NCBI GenBank assembly: GCA_905178155.1
Contig: CAJINV010000003.1
Span: 1,191,560 to 1,255,559, forward strand
Direction: 5' to 3'
DNA: 64,000 bases
Source: Amoebophrya sp. A120
Lineage: Eukaryota > Protista > Dinoflagellata
Shown: positions 12,503 to 23,746 of the stretch, one piece after another
How the letters are laid out: every line of letters starts with the position of its first letter
How positions within the stretch are numbered: position 1 is the first letter of the stretch
Notes under the pieces: model-generated
Seen by the model: the letters and a program-made list of their open reading frames with translations, nothing else
What the model was told of the DNA's origin: nothing
The model's database searches: none
Program-made: the position numbers and the translations under genes

Positions 12503-13689
12503 TTACAATCTTTGCAACTTCATCGGGGCCGGGGGTGGTTCTATGCAGCCGGCCTCCTCGTCCCGCTTGGATCCACGGTTGCGCTGCTGCTTCAACGGGG
12601 AATTCGTCCGCTGCATCCGCATGGAGTACGTTTTACCCGACGCGGGCGCAATTGCACGGCTTCTCATCCGCGGTCGCATGACGTACAGTGCATCCTCGGA
12701 GATCTCGACGATTTCGTCGCGCAGCTTCTGGCCAACGTGCAGCACGGAGTACTCTTTTTTGTTGTTTCCCTTCCCCCTCTTCACGACGGCAGGTGTAATG
12801 ATGTGGTCCTTCAAGCCGAATTCCGCATTGGTTTCTTCGGTCTCGACCTCCGTTTCCTGGGAACTGCGCTGCCTTCGCACGGTCAGCTGCTCACTGCTCT
12901 TACGCTGCAATAGCCAGGCTTCTTTGTCGTCCGCGCGCTTGGCTTGCTTGTGGACGAACTCGAAAACTGTTTGCTGCGGTAGTCGTCGGTCTATTACACT
13001 TCCTATTTGCTCCATTAGCGTACCACTCACCGCATTGCTGGAAAGCGGAAGCGCGTCCTGGTTTGCGAAGGGGTAATCAATGTACACAGTCGAACAATGA
13101 TATGGTCGACTAGTTTCAATTTGTACTTCAATACGATGTTGGGCTGACGGAAAACATAGAGAGAATGCAGCACAGGTGATAGCGATAGGCTCAAGTAAAG
13201 ACGGTACCGCATGACTCCCGACGCCATCCGGTGATCCCTGGTTCATTGATGGTGAAAACGCCAAGGAATTGTTGCTGATGCTTACGTCGTCTCTGCCCAT
13301 GGAAATGCGATCTTTCCTCGCCTTCTTCGTGGTCTCGCCGTCACCTTGGAGCTGCACCTTGTATAGTGATATAGAAGAAGCGAGTGAAGATGGGTCATCG
13401 ATTACAGGACATAAACAGAAAAAGTCGGTAAATTTCATCCGATCCAAACAGTGCGAGCAGAATTCGTACCGATTCGATTTTTCTCGTATCGACAAATTTT
13501 TTCATGCTTTTCTGTAACTGCGCGCCTGATGATAGCGAATCCCAGCGGTCCAAATCCTTGCCCACTATCTCCGGTTGAATCGGATACTCGTGGTTCCCCT
13601 TGGCGACCTAAGAGTTTGTGCAGTTCTTTAGTGAGTTCTGCCGAGAAGATCAGGTAATTTTCTGCCAATATTTTTTTATCGAGTACCAT
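12503..13689 (-). CDS. Hypothetical protein, probably spliced (tentative exons 13689-13519, 13357-13208, 13057-12503; 3' end uncertain)
   Basis: ATG at 13689 (MVLDKK...). GT..AG introns 13518-13358 and 13207-13058 keep the frame and join into the long charged ORF. No recognisable domain. Confidence 0.45.
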
Positions 13690-13759
13690 TCCAAGAACTC
13701 ACAGAGCTGCATGCCCGTGCTGCAGGAATATCCTCCGACATCAAAATCAGTTTCCCACA

Positions 13760-15356
13760 TTAAGTGCCCTGGTATCTAGAAGGTGAGCAGCCATTTCCAA
13801 AGAAAACAGAACGAAAAAGCTGTACCATATCCTTGCTCTCGAAGAACTTCAGGTTGCTCGTCTTTTGCACGTCACGCTCTTGCAGTCCTAACCAAGCTTC
13901 GCGATCGCTGGACTTATGTTCCTCCGTTACCTGGAACATGTCCCCCGTCGTCTGGACGAACATTGCCGCATCTGCTGAAAGCAGCTCCCCGGCCGCAAAC
14001 TGCTTCCAGTTCGATGCCATTTCTTTGCAGACCGTCGCCATGGTGGTGTCCGCGTCCTGGAACTCCCTACGAAAGTCGAGTGGCCGCAGCGACATGGACC
14101 ACTTTACCAGCTGCAGAAAGAAGCCCCGGTTTGGTGCGACCTGCAACCGGCAGATTCGCATGGCACGAATAACGAACGCAACGCTTCGGGTGGCCTCCGG
14201 CTTGAAGGGACTGCAGAGACCGAGCAACGCGATCAAGTAAGCGGCAAAGAGCGTTGCACTGCGGGAACAGCCCTGCTGGCAGTGCAAAAAGAGAACCTCG
14301 GTCTGCGGCAATGGTCGCGGGTCGCCCGCCGATTTTGCGTCTTCGAAGTGAAAGGTGGACTCGACTAATGGAATGAGTTCCTGCAGCGGTAGTTTCTTCG
14401 GCTGAGACAAAACGTAGTTTTCCAACGCAGTGTCGAATTCCGGCCCTGGTAGCGACCCGGGATTTTGGAGCACGTCGCGGACCATCCGATGTAGGTCGGG
14501 TAGTAGTTCCTCAATTGACGGCATAATGTCGACCGAATCGTCGTCGTCGACAGCACGGGATCGTCTCACAAAATCGGGCGCCAGGTGGGAGGCTGTTACA
14601 CCTTCTTCGGGCAAGATCGACACGCATCTAGTGATGTAATCCAGCAGATTCTTGGTCACCGTGCTGTGGACAAAGATCTTCTCGCCCCCCAGATAAATGC
14701 CTGGCAGAATGCGGGAGCCGCCGAAGTCACCACTCAGCATATATCGTTTCTGTTGTCCGTGTTGTAGATGGACGAATTTACTAACGACTTAGCCTTTGCC
14801 TTTCAATAGCGAACATACCTCCATGAAAAAAAAAACGCGAAAAAGTAAAAGTTAACACCATTCATTGATCTACCTTCTTCTTCATAAGTTCCAGCATCTT
14901 CGTCTTCTCCCGTTTGCCCATTGCCGGGTTTTTGAAATCCTCGAGCCCGATGTCGCCCAGTACATTACTCGCTTCTCCCCCGCCAACGCCCTTTTTGTTT
15001 TTGATGAGTACGCATCAACATTAAGGCCGCGTAGTAAGTAGAAAAGTAAAGCGCAACTCAATTCATTGTTCATGCGGTGTGTGCTTCATACGATTACGAA
15101 TACGAAGATGCGTTTGCGTGAGCTGAACAGAATAACGAATTCGCACCTTCGCAGATCCCGTCTCGACATTCTTGTGCTTGTCAGTAGTAGCGCTTGTCGC
15201 ACGGATGAGCTCCTCGATTGCATCACCAATTTTCGACTGCGTCAACCCCAATTCCTCCTGCAAGTGAAGCAAGTACTTGTTCAACATTTCCAATCGCTCG
15301 ACCGGATCGGGTGGGAGATCCATTTGTGCGATGCCGACCATCCCGGGTACCGCCAT
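13760..15356 (-). CDS. Dual-specificity protein phosphatase family protein, 3 exons (15356-15147, 14990-14874, 14749-13760), ~438 aa
   Basis: Catalytic CX5R loop FLHCQQGCSRSATLFAAYLI, N-terminal SRILPGIYLGG and C-terminal RLQVAPNRGFFLQL typical of DUSPs. Two phase-0 GT-AG introns give a continuous frame. Exon 1 looks like a coiled coil. Confidence 0.85.
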
Positions 15357-15709
15357 TCCTTACGATCTAAATGTCGCGGCAAGAGTTGTAGATGTTGAAA
15401 CTTCAAGTTGTAAATACCAAAGCTAATGCGTGCAGGGCTCTCGAGTGCCCCTCCGGTCCTCACCCTTGCGCTTACTAGTTCTAGACGTTACGGTCAGATT
15501 CCAGCCACTCTGGGTCTGTGGCAGCCGAACAGCTTTTCATCAATGGCGTTCAACGCGGAAAACCAAAACGAAAACTACTCTTTCAAAATAAATGGAGGCC
15601 GAGGTAGTAGACACTCTGACTTCCACGATCACGGCGACTCTGCAACAAGATGCATGACGAAACTCTCGCTAGCGTTTGTTATCTCGCTGTTATAGCAATC
15701 AGGCAGAAA

Positions 15710-16640
15710 CCTCATTGCTCCCAAGGTCGCGCTCTAGCTGCCCACTCGCAAGGAAGAGCGGGGCACGCTGAGTGACGAAGCAACACCACAACGCATTTGA
15801 CGATTGCCGGGGCCACAGGGCTGTATTTCTTACAAGCCCTTTCGCTTCTCAAGCGCGTCTCCCCTTCAGAACAACTCAACGCTTGGCCAGGAGAACACAC
15901 GCTGCCGAGATCAGAGCGCCAGATTTAGGCCGCGTCATTGCTCGGGTGCTGCGCCGCCGGGCGGCTGCGCGATACGCGCGCCCCCCTTGCGCCCAAGAAT
16001 AAACGCCAGCGGGCCCCAAGTGGTACTGGGCGCCGCGCGTCCTGTGGCAGAGTCACTTTCCGCCGAGCCCGCCGCGCGCCCTGCCGGCCGCGCTTTGAGT
16101 AGCCGCCCGGGCTGCACGCTGCTTGTGCCCAAGAGTGGCGGTCGGCGAGGGTAGGCGGGCTGGCACGTAGGGCCAGGGCGCAAGGGCGCGCTCGCTCAGG
16201 TGGGTCGAACAATTGACCGGCGCGCCCCGTGGCGTCTGCGGAATGGAACGCGCCGGAAAACCATGGCGGCGCCGCTCCGTGGCGCCTGGGCATGAGCCCG
16301 CGCGCCACCCCGGCGCGCGGGCCCTTGGGCTGCATCCGCCTCCCCGCGCCCGCCGCGGCCGGCTTCTCGTCTCGTGCCCGTATGCCAGCAGCCTTCGCAG
16401 TTTGCGGCGTCAACCGGCTGGGTCAAGGTATCCATTATCTCCGTGGCAGTTTGCGCAGAAACGACCGGACCGCTCACGAACGCGTCTAGATCCTGCGCCA
16501 GCTGTGCCTCTTGTGCGCGTCATGTAGTGACAACCTCCAACAGATGCAAAGTTGCTCCCGCAATACCCGCGCCCCTGCATTCCCTCTGAGGTCACGCACG
16601 TTCGCAAACTTGCCCGCTTCATTCCTTTTATTCTTATGCT
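15710..16640 (-). pseudogene. Decayed gene relic, copy 1 of a diverged tandem pair (possibly CPW-WPC-domain derived)
   Basis: Shares anchors with 16925-17803 (TGACGAAGCAACACCA, CGCCCAAGAATAAACGC, GCCCGCTTCATTCCTTT). The minus frame reads GRAAPSTTWGPLAF...LAL*SRQRVFSWPSVE with stops, resembling CxAPxxYxGPC...WxxxCxxxWPC. Confidence 0.4.
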
Positions 16641-16924
16641 TCTGGACGATCTCCCCAGAACTTGTGGCCGCAGCGACATCGTCCACTTCATCAACCCCGG
16701 CTTAGTGCGAATCGAGTTTGTTTGCGACGAATACGCGCTCTCTCAATGGTTGGCCCCCTTCTACGCGGAACGCCTATTCTTTCAGAAAGAATGAAGGCCC
16801 AGGTAGACACTTTGGTTTTCACGACGTGGCAACAGGATGCATGGCGAATCTCTCGCTTCAATTTGTATACGTCGCTCCTGTACACACATCAAAAATGCAA
16901 CTCTAACAATTTGTTACGCGGGTA

Positions 16925-17803
16925 GTTGCCCTGCTCGAAGTCGCGCCCTAGTTAGTATAGGAGCTCTCTCGCAAGGAAGGGCGTGGCACTCTGACGAAGC
17001 AACACCAAGCAACATCACGACGCATTCGACGTTTGCCGCTGTGGTAGGACCGTCCTGAAACACTTTTCCACACGTCAAACGCATGATCTCCTTTCGGCAA
17101 CAATTCAACGTGAGGCCAGGAGCGCAAAAGCTGCTGAGATCAAATCACGACGGGCCGCGCCGTTTCTCGGGTGCTGTGCCGGGCGACTGCGCGATTGTTC
17201 GCTTGCCTCGCTCGCCCAAGAATAAACGCAAGCGGGCCTCAAGCGGTACCGGGCGCCGCGCGCGCCCTGTCGACCCAGATTTGGGCAACGGCCCGGGCTA
17301 GTCGCTGCCTACCCTAACTATCTATAATGGCGAGGCAGCGCGGGCGCGTAGGACCAGGGCGCCCAGGCGCTGAGTCTGGTCAAACAATCGGCACGGCCGG
17401 CGCGCTCCGTGATGTCTACGGAATGGGGGGCGTGGGTAGTTGCGAGCGCGCGCGCATTATCTTCCGAGCCGAAACAAAAAGCGCAGGCGGTCGGACGGAG
17501 AAATGATAAAGATGCGGCCTGCTCGCCCGCAAGCTGCTGCAGCGCTCGCACATTCGCGCAGAATTCTCGCGCGCGCGCATACAAGTGGCCCCCAGGGCCG
17601 CCAAGGAATTTCGCCCGTTGGCATCGATTTGACCGCGGCAAAAGTCTCCGAGGCGGAAGGCGAACGCTGGGACTATTTTGTCCATCGCGGCCCAATCGAT
17701 GACGCCCGTGGCAAACTGCTCCCGCATTGCACTTGCTCCTGCACTCCCACCGAAGTTACGCACTTCCGTAGGTTCGCCCGCTTCATTCCTTTCATTCTTA
17801 TGG
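16925..17803 (-). pseudogene. Decayed gene relic, copy 2 of the tandem pair
   Basis: Same anchors at 16992, 17213 and 17776 (offsets ~1.16-1.22 kb from copy 1). The minus frame reads AAPGTA*GPLAFILG...VI*SQQLLRSWPHVE, with stops and frameshifts. Confidence 0.4.
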
Positions 17804-18063
17804 GCGATCTTCACAGAACTTGTTTATTTTGCCGAGCTGCCTCGAATTTTGCACTGATCGCAAGTTTTGACCTCACTCGTCGCTCAACATGGGTAGTTGC
17901 GAATGCAAACACGTGTACTTCCAAGCCTCAAGAAAAAGAGCAGACGTTTTTTCTCCTCTTGCTCCCGGATCCCCCGGGCAAACTCTTGAAGCTGCTGGCC
18001 GCGCCTATATTATCCCGGCGAAATGGAAATTCTGAGTCGAGTACTCATATAAAATTGAACTAG

Positions 18064-18096
18064 AAACCCTAAAACCCTAGAACCCATTAAACCCTG
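18064..18096 (+). repeat. Short degenerate telomere-like (AAACCCT)n tract
   Basis: AAACCCT-AAAACCCT-AGAACCCATT-AAACCCTG: about four imperfect copies of the complement of TTTAGGG. Confidence 0.5.
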
Positions 18097-18878
18097 AGAA
18101 GCCCGGCCTCGACGGACGCCCATCTTGTCTTTCATAATCCCTACATGCATATTTTTCGAAAACAAAAAGGAAAAAAAGGAAGGATGAAGAGAAAAATCGA
18201 GCGAGGCGAACGAATCTCACGGCGGCCTATGATGAGCATTCCAGTGGCCAGCCGGAAGCTCAACACAGTAGGGCTTCAGCTGCGCTGGCTCTAAACCTGT
18301 ACAAACTCATATAAAAAACGTGCGCACTTCGATTGCCTGCGCCTGCGCCTACACACGTCGGAACTTCGCCTCGATTTCTTTGACGAGGCTGCGCGTTACG
18401 CGGCCGCGCGCCGCACTGACTGGAAGGCAAGAAAGAGCAGGCGGGCCCCTCGCGTCATCCTCTCATGGAGCAAACCCATGAAAAAGAGAAAGGTATACAT
18501 TCATCGTAGTACATGCACACGTGTCGACCTCAGGAATTTCCTTTTCTCGTTCGGAAATCTGCGTCTGCAGCTACTACTCTTAAAGAAAACTTGACTACTC
18601 TCAGGCTTTCAGCTCGGGGCTCTCTGGAATGCTGGAACAGAACGCTCAATATCGAACAAAACTCGTCTCCGCTGTCGGACACGAGTGCTGCAACTGCATC
18701 AAATAAATGTATTATGTTGTTTGCACTTCGTGATGATGAGATGAAGGTGAAGCTGAACAAGTTGCCACTCAACATAATCGCGCTGTCCATGGATACAGTT
18801 TGATGTGGTTGTGGTTTTTAATATTTTGCTTCCCATTAGAACGAAACTGCCCTAAGTACACAGAGTTTGGCCAAGCGG

Positions 18879-19286
18879 TCACATCAGGATCGCTTCCAAC
18901 TCTTCAATGCCGATGTTAAACGCTCTAACAAAAGCCTCCTTGTCATCCGCATCGTCAGCGGCCTTCATGAAAACGGCAAAGAGATCGTCAACCACCTCGA
19001 CCGCCGCCGCGTGCCCGTCCCGGCCCATTACCCAGTTCGCGATGTGTGCGATCCCCTTGTAAAACTTCAGTGCGGCCGTCTTGAGTTTCTCGTTCTCTTC
19101 GCCGAAAGCGGCTAAGAATCTCGACTCCTCCGGGCCGACTTCGTGACAGGCCTTCAGAAAGTTGTCGCAGCAGGCCTTTGCTTTGTCCGGGTCCGCGCCG
19201 AAAACTTCGCCAATCGCCACGTAAAAGTCCAATGCGCCGGACAGGTTGGGACCGCGGCTGCTCATGCCGCGCAAAGGGTTGCTCAT
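18879..19286 (-). CDS. Small predicted alpha-helical hypothetical protein, 135 aa, intronless
   Basis: ATG preceded by an A-rich context (AAAAGAATG), GC3-rich codons and natural amino-acid composition. No domain recognised. Confidence 0.7.
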   Translation of the reverse strand: MSNPLRGMSSRGPNLSGALDFYVAIGEVFGADPDKAKACCDNFLKACHEVGPEESRFLAAFGEENEKLKTAALKFYKGIAHIANWVMGRDGHAAAVEVVDDLFAVFMKAADDADDKEAFVRAFNIGIEELEAILM

Positions 19287-19974
19287 TCTTTTTCTTGTTC
19301 AGGAGCCTGAACAAGAAAGACAAGATGAATAAAGACACGAAGAAGCCGGGAGAGCCACAAGAACCGAACACGCACGATGGATTGCTACTGAAGAGAGAAG
19401 CACAACCACTTGACACTTAAATGATTTGATTCCAGTTCCGGTAAAGCATTTTTTATCACGAAGGCGACAACAGCACGAGAATCGATTCCGCAAACGGGAG
19501 CGAGAAGATGACGCGATGACACCTAATAGTATCAGTTCGCCGATAATTCCCCATTCCCAATACGTGATCCCCTAAGTAACAGGATGTTTGTTTTCCCAAA
19601 CAAGCCAGCAGTGAAATAACTTGAGAGTCGAACACGCAAGAACGTCTTTTGCTTTTAGATAGAAAGGAGGCGCAGCTGTAAGCATCTTCCAAGGCCGCAG
19701 AGCCTTGTGCGCAATCGAAAAAATTTCGCACACGAACGGGGTACGGTACGATCCATCTTGGTGATTGAATGAGTTAGAGTTCTGGAGAGCTTCATTTAGA
19801 TGTAATACTAGACGAACACACGTAGATGAGAGTCGATCGCTGCACCCCCTGCCAACTGCGACGGGAAAAATTATCCAGGAAACTACGACTTGTTGCATCG
19901 AAACGCGACGAGAAACGTAGTCATAGCCTCTCGGCTGGAAAGATGGCGCGAAAGACGAAACGTAAAATTTCAAT

Positions 19975-22900
19975 TTACATCTCTGTAATTTTGCTATACT
20001 CATGCTTCCAAATGGCGCGCAGATCAAAAACTGACCCAAAAGTTTGGTATTTCTGAGCAGGCGGGTTCGTTCCCGCACGATCACAGAATGAAGTGGGGTT
20101 CCCCGCATTCGCATGCACGTATCGCAGCGACAGTACCTCCGCAAGCACCGAAAGTGACCCCGGAACGACCCGAGAAAAAAGCCGCTCCGCTGCGCATACC
20201 AGCCAGAGCGCGTGGCTGCTTTGGTTTTCCTCAAACAGGTGCCAGGCCCGGAGATGGTAGTGGCGCGCAAGCCTCAGCACGTCGTCATTGGTGCAGTCCA
20301 GCAGCGCATGCCCCAAGGCAGGACTGGTGTAAACTTCGGGTGGGCGGTCCAGCAGTTCCGCGCCCTGGGTAAGATTGCAGCCCAGCAGTGCTGAAGGCAA
20401 ATGGAAATACCTCTCCATAGCAAACGGCGGAAGCCCAAGTGAGGCCGCAGAAGTGACGAAAAGAGAACCGAAAGACGACGCCTCACTTTTCGACGCTTTT
20501 GTGTCAACCATTGTCACTGCGCCGGTCACGCTCCATCCATGCAAAGAAGCGTGCCGCGCACGAAATTCGTCGCCCCAGGAACGAATATTAGCACGGGACC
20601 CAATACGCAGAAGAGTGGCGAGCGCTGTACTGGGTGCCTCCGCTGCGGCCTGTTTTGCGACGGTTTCCGGTAGAACGGTGGTCCGCAGCCAGTTCGCGAT
20701 TTTGCGTGAGGAAGAAAGTGACTCCTGCGGTTGTGTCCTCGTGTGCTGCTGCTGCAGTAGCGGGTCGCTGGTGTACAGATCTTGCACCCGTTGCAGCCCC
20801 TGCAAGTCGTGCGAACACAAGATATTGTAAGAGCGCGTGTCTTCCCCAATGACTTCCTCGACGCTGATTCGCCCCTCGACGTGGTCTGCACCGGTTGCCA
20901 ACCAGTATCCAGTGCAAATATGTCTGGGTCTGGAAGAATGCAAGATTTGTCGTGCACCTGCTCGCGGACCACGCGCATGGTGAGGTCCGCAATGCACACA
21001 GGAGCAGGACAGGTCATTTTGCAAGAACTTCCTCGTGCCTTTGCCGCATGAGAAATCCGCCTTCTGCCTGCCAAGAAGTTGGGAGCTTTTAATTTTTGGC
21101 GTTTATTTTGCAGTACTCGAAATTTCAATTTGGCATGACAACTATACAGCCTTCCAGACCTAGACGTATTTTTTCCAGCTGATAACCAGAGGTGCGCGGC
21201 AATGTCTTCCCCGTAGCGCTCCCACATATCAAATGCAGCAAATGTGTCTGGGTCTGGAGGAATACAGATGTCTGTCATGCTCTTCGTGCTCGAGCAAGCT
21301 AGCAGGTCTCGTCTGGCACGCCAGCCCTAGCATGACAGGCTTTGAGGAGGTTTCGTTATCGTTTCTTAATGCCTCAATCCGCGTAAGCAAACCCCCGCCT
21401 TCGGTGATAAGAAGTGGGCAACTTCTGCTGTCAACATGCATGCCAGAGGTTTGTGTCATTTGAAATGCGCATCAGAAGTTCGCGCTCTTCCAGACGCAGA
21501 TGACATATTTGCAATGCATACTCCACTTCGAGGTACGAAAGTCGCTTGGCTCTCACTGGATTTGTTGCATCGTCGTTGCTGGGCGAGTTTGTGGATAAAC
21601 TTGCTTTTGAGCGCTCCGGACCAGCACTAATTACTGTATGCGACGGGCTTGATCTTGCTCTTTCAGCAGCATCCGCGGCGAATGGCCCAGATAGAAACAG
21701 CAGCGCTGAGTGCAAGATCCGGGCACATAAGTAGCCGTGTTCTTCAAACAGCCATTGCACGACACCGTCGGCGTTCAGCTCTATAACCTGCTCAGGTGTT
21801 ACAATCTCAAATCGGCTACCATATAATAAATATGGAAATCAGTGATGCAGGAGCGCATGATCTAGCCAATTCTTTTTCTTTCTCACAGGATTGCGCATGA
21901 CAAGCTCGGGAGCTGGAGTTCCAAACCCCACTACAATCAGGCGAAATTTGTATTGCAGCAAGTGTAACGCTCTGCGAGTCTGTCATGCTCGTCATGCAAC
22001 ACAAAGGTCAGACTCCATTGGAACGTTTGAGATTGTAAAAACACCTGAGCGGGTTATAAGATCGCTCCCATACTTTTCGAACGCCAGGAATTGTATCTGC
22101 TTGGCCCGCAGCATCTCGCTTGCTCCGCGCAAAACTGCGAAGTCGTTCCGCTCGGCGTCTACTTTCAGGAACGCGACGGTATTCTTCATTTTTCCAGAGA
22201 ACGACCGCGGAGCCGCAGCTCCACGAGGATCCACCGGGTTCGAAGATTCTGTAGTTTTTTTCCGGCTCTTCATCACAAAGCTCTCCTGCAGCGTTTCTTC
22301 ATCCTCACGGGATATTTCCTGCTCACCACTCTTGTTACATCCTCGGAAGAACACCGAATCAAGCGTCACGATGTCCACTTCCTCGTTTCCGACGCCGGTC
22401 CCGTGGCACAGACCATGAGCGACCAGGCTTCCTACCTCCATGCCATCGCAATACAGGGTTTGGCCCAGTTCCTGCAGCTCACCGACGCCCTTGCGAAACA
22501 CGGTCAACCGGTCTAGGGACGCCGGGAGTTCGCGCCTCCGGAAGCCGCTCATGAGGTTGTTGTAGAAGGCCTGGTCCATAATTTTTTGCGTCCAGGGGGA
22601 GCGACCGGCGGAGGACTGCGACTTCTGGTGAGCATTTGCCATAGCTCGGGCTCTCGCGAGTGTTGCGGTCGCGTTTGTCTGCTGCTCGACGCGGTTGTGA
22701 TAAAATTGTGCGAGTAAGCCCTTCCCACGAACCACCGACGGCTCAAAACAAGACACCCGCAGCTTTGGTACTCTGTTGTACTTGTTCATGGGGATGATCT
22801 CCTCCTGGCCTAGTCTTTCACGACCGGATTGTTTCGCTAGTACCTCGTCCTCTGCCCGGTCCGACGTTCCACCATCCTCAACGGGGGGTCCACTTGCTGC

Positions 22901-23746
22901 AGCACGTGTCAACGTCACGACGGTTGTGTCTTTATCCACCTCTTGCAGAACGGGAAGGAAGTTTATTTCTTGTCCTACTTCTCCCGTTTCAGTCACCTCC
23001 GAAATCTTCTTTCCGCCCTCGAAAAAGCTGTTCGCAAGGTAGTCAAAGAGCTGCATGAACAAACTGGATACATCACCTTGAAAAACCCCCACGTCAATCA
23101 TTTCGATCACTACAGGGACTACAGGTGGTGGATTCTTTGTCCGCCTAGCCGGTCCAATAGAACTTTCTTCGCTGTCTTCCCGTGATGTCGTTGCTTCCCG
23201 AGTCGGGGGATCATTTGCCAAGAGAGTGCTATTGAGCCCCTCCAGTACCGTCCAGATAATCGCGGGAAGAAGGGGCTCGATGTCCTTGAACTCTTTACTC
23301 GGCTTGCCGAGGGTCTGGCGCCATAAACGTTCCTGCACGATGGGGATGTCACTTTCACTTCGTTGTCGCGCAAGTAGATCTTCATCGCTGTTGGTGCTTC
23401 CAGCAGCGCTGCCATGATGCAGATTTTTTGCTTCTTCTGCTCCGGTCGTATGATCATGTGCGGAGGTACCTACAACCCCATTCACGTGTCGTAGTCCTGG
23501 CGCCTCGTAATCGTTTACCGGACTTTCCACCGTCGTTGAGCAGCAATTTTCGGGGTCACAACTCGGGATTGCCAGACCCCGGACGCAGCACGTATCCCAA
23601 TTCTGAAATACAGGGCTTGTCCAACTCGCACAGATTTCTCCCGCAGGCACAGTAGGCAACGAAGAAAAGAGCACGGCGAAAAGCAAAGACGACCGGAAAG
23701 AACAGATGGACGATATGCAGCCGCAGCGAGACGATAAATCTTCCAT
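19975..23746 (-). CDS. FkbM-family (Methyltransf_21-like) SAM-dependent methyltransferase with N-terminal hydrophobic segment; exons 23746-22060, 21777-21522, 21222-21186, 20901-19975 (~968 aa; 3' end uncertain)
   Basis: Motifs MIDVGVFQG, VSCFEP, VDIVTLDSV, FLKVDAERNDFAVLRGA, QFLAFE. After removing three non-canonical introns the frame continues as ...VVQWLFEEHGYLC...SYNILC. Exon lengths 1687+256+37+927 give consistent phases. Confidence 0.75.
20902..21185 (-). mobile_element. Introner/MITE-like non-canonical intron, 284 nt including one direct-repeat copy
   Basis: Minus strand CTGG|TTATC...GGATA-CTGG has an exact 4-nt direct repeat. Inverted arms are AAATATGTCTGGGTCTGGAAG (20916-20936) and the reverse complement of 21151-21171. 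Removal joins ...AAHLW|LATGAD... in frame. Confidence 0.8.
21223..21521 (-). mobile_element. Introner/MITE-like non-canonical intron, ~299 nt, same TIR family as 20902-21185
   Basis: Arms GCAAATGTGTCTGGGTCTGGAGG (~21238-21260) and the reverse complement of CTTCCAGACGCAGATGACATATTTGC (~21487-21512). A length of 3n+2 exactly repairs the frame offset between the flanking ORFs. Boundaries are uncertain by a few nt. Confidence 0.65.
21778..22059 (-). mobile_element. Introner/MITE-like non-canonical intron, 282 nt including one direct-repeat copy, ~30-bp TIR
   Basis: TATAACCTGCTCAGGTGTTACAATCTCAAA (21782-21811) is inverted at 22026-22058 with one mismatch and a 3-nt indel. Flanks are GATC/GAGC on the minus strand. 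It contains the in-frame stop that truncates the ORF, and removal gives EKYGSDLNADGVVQW. Confidence 0.85.
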
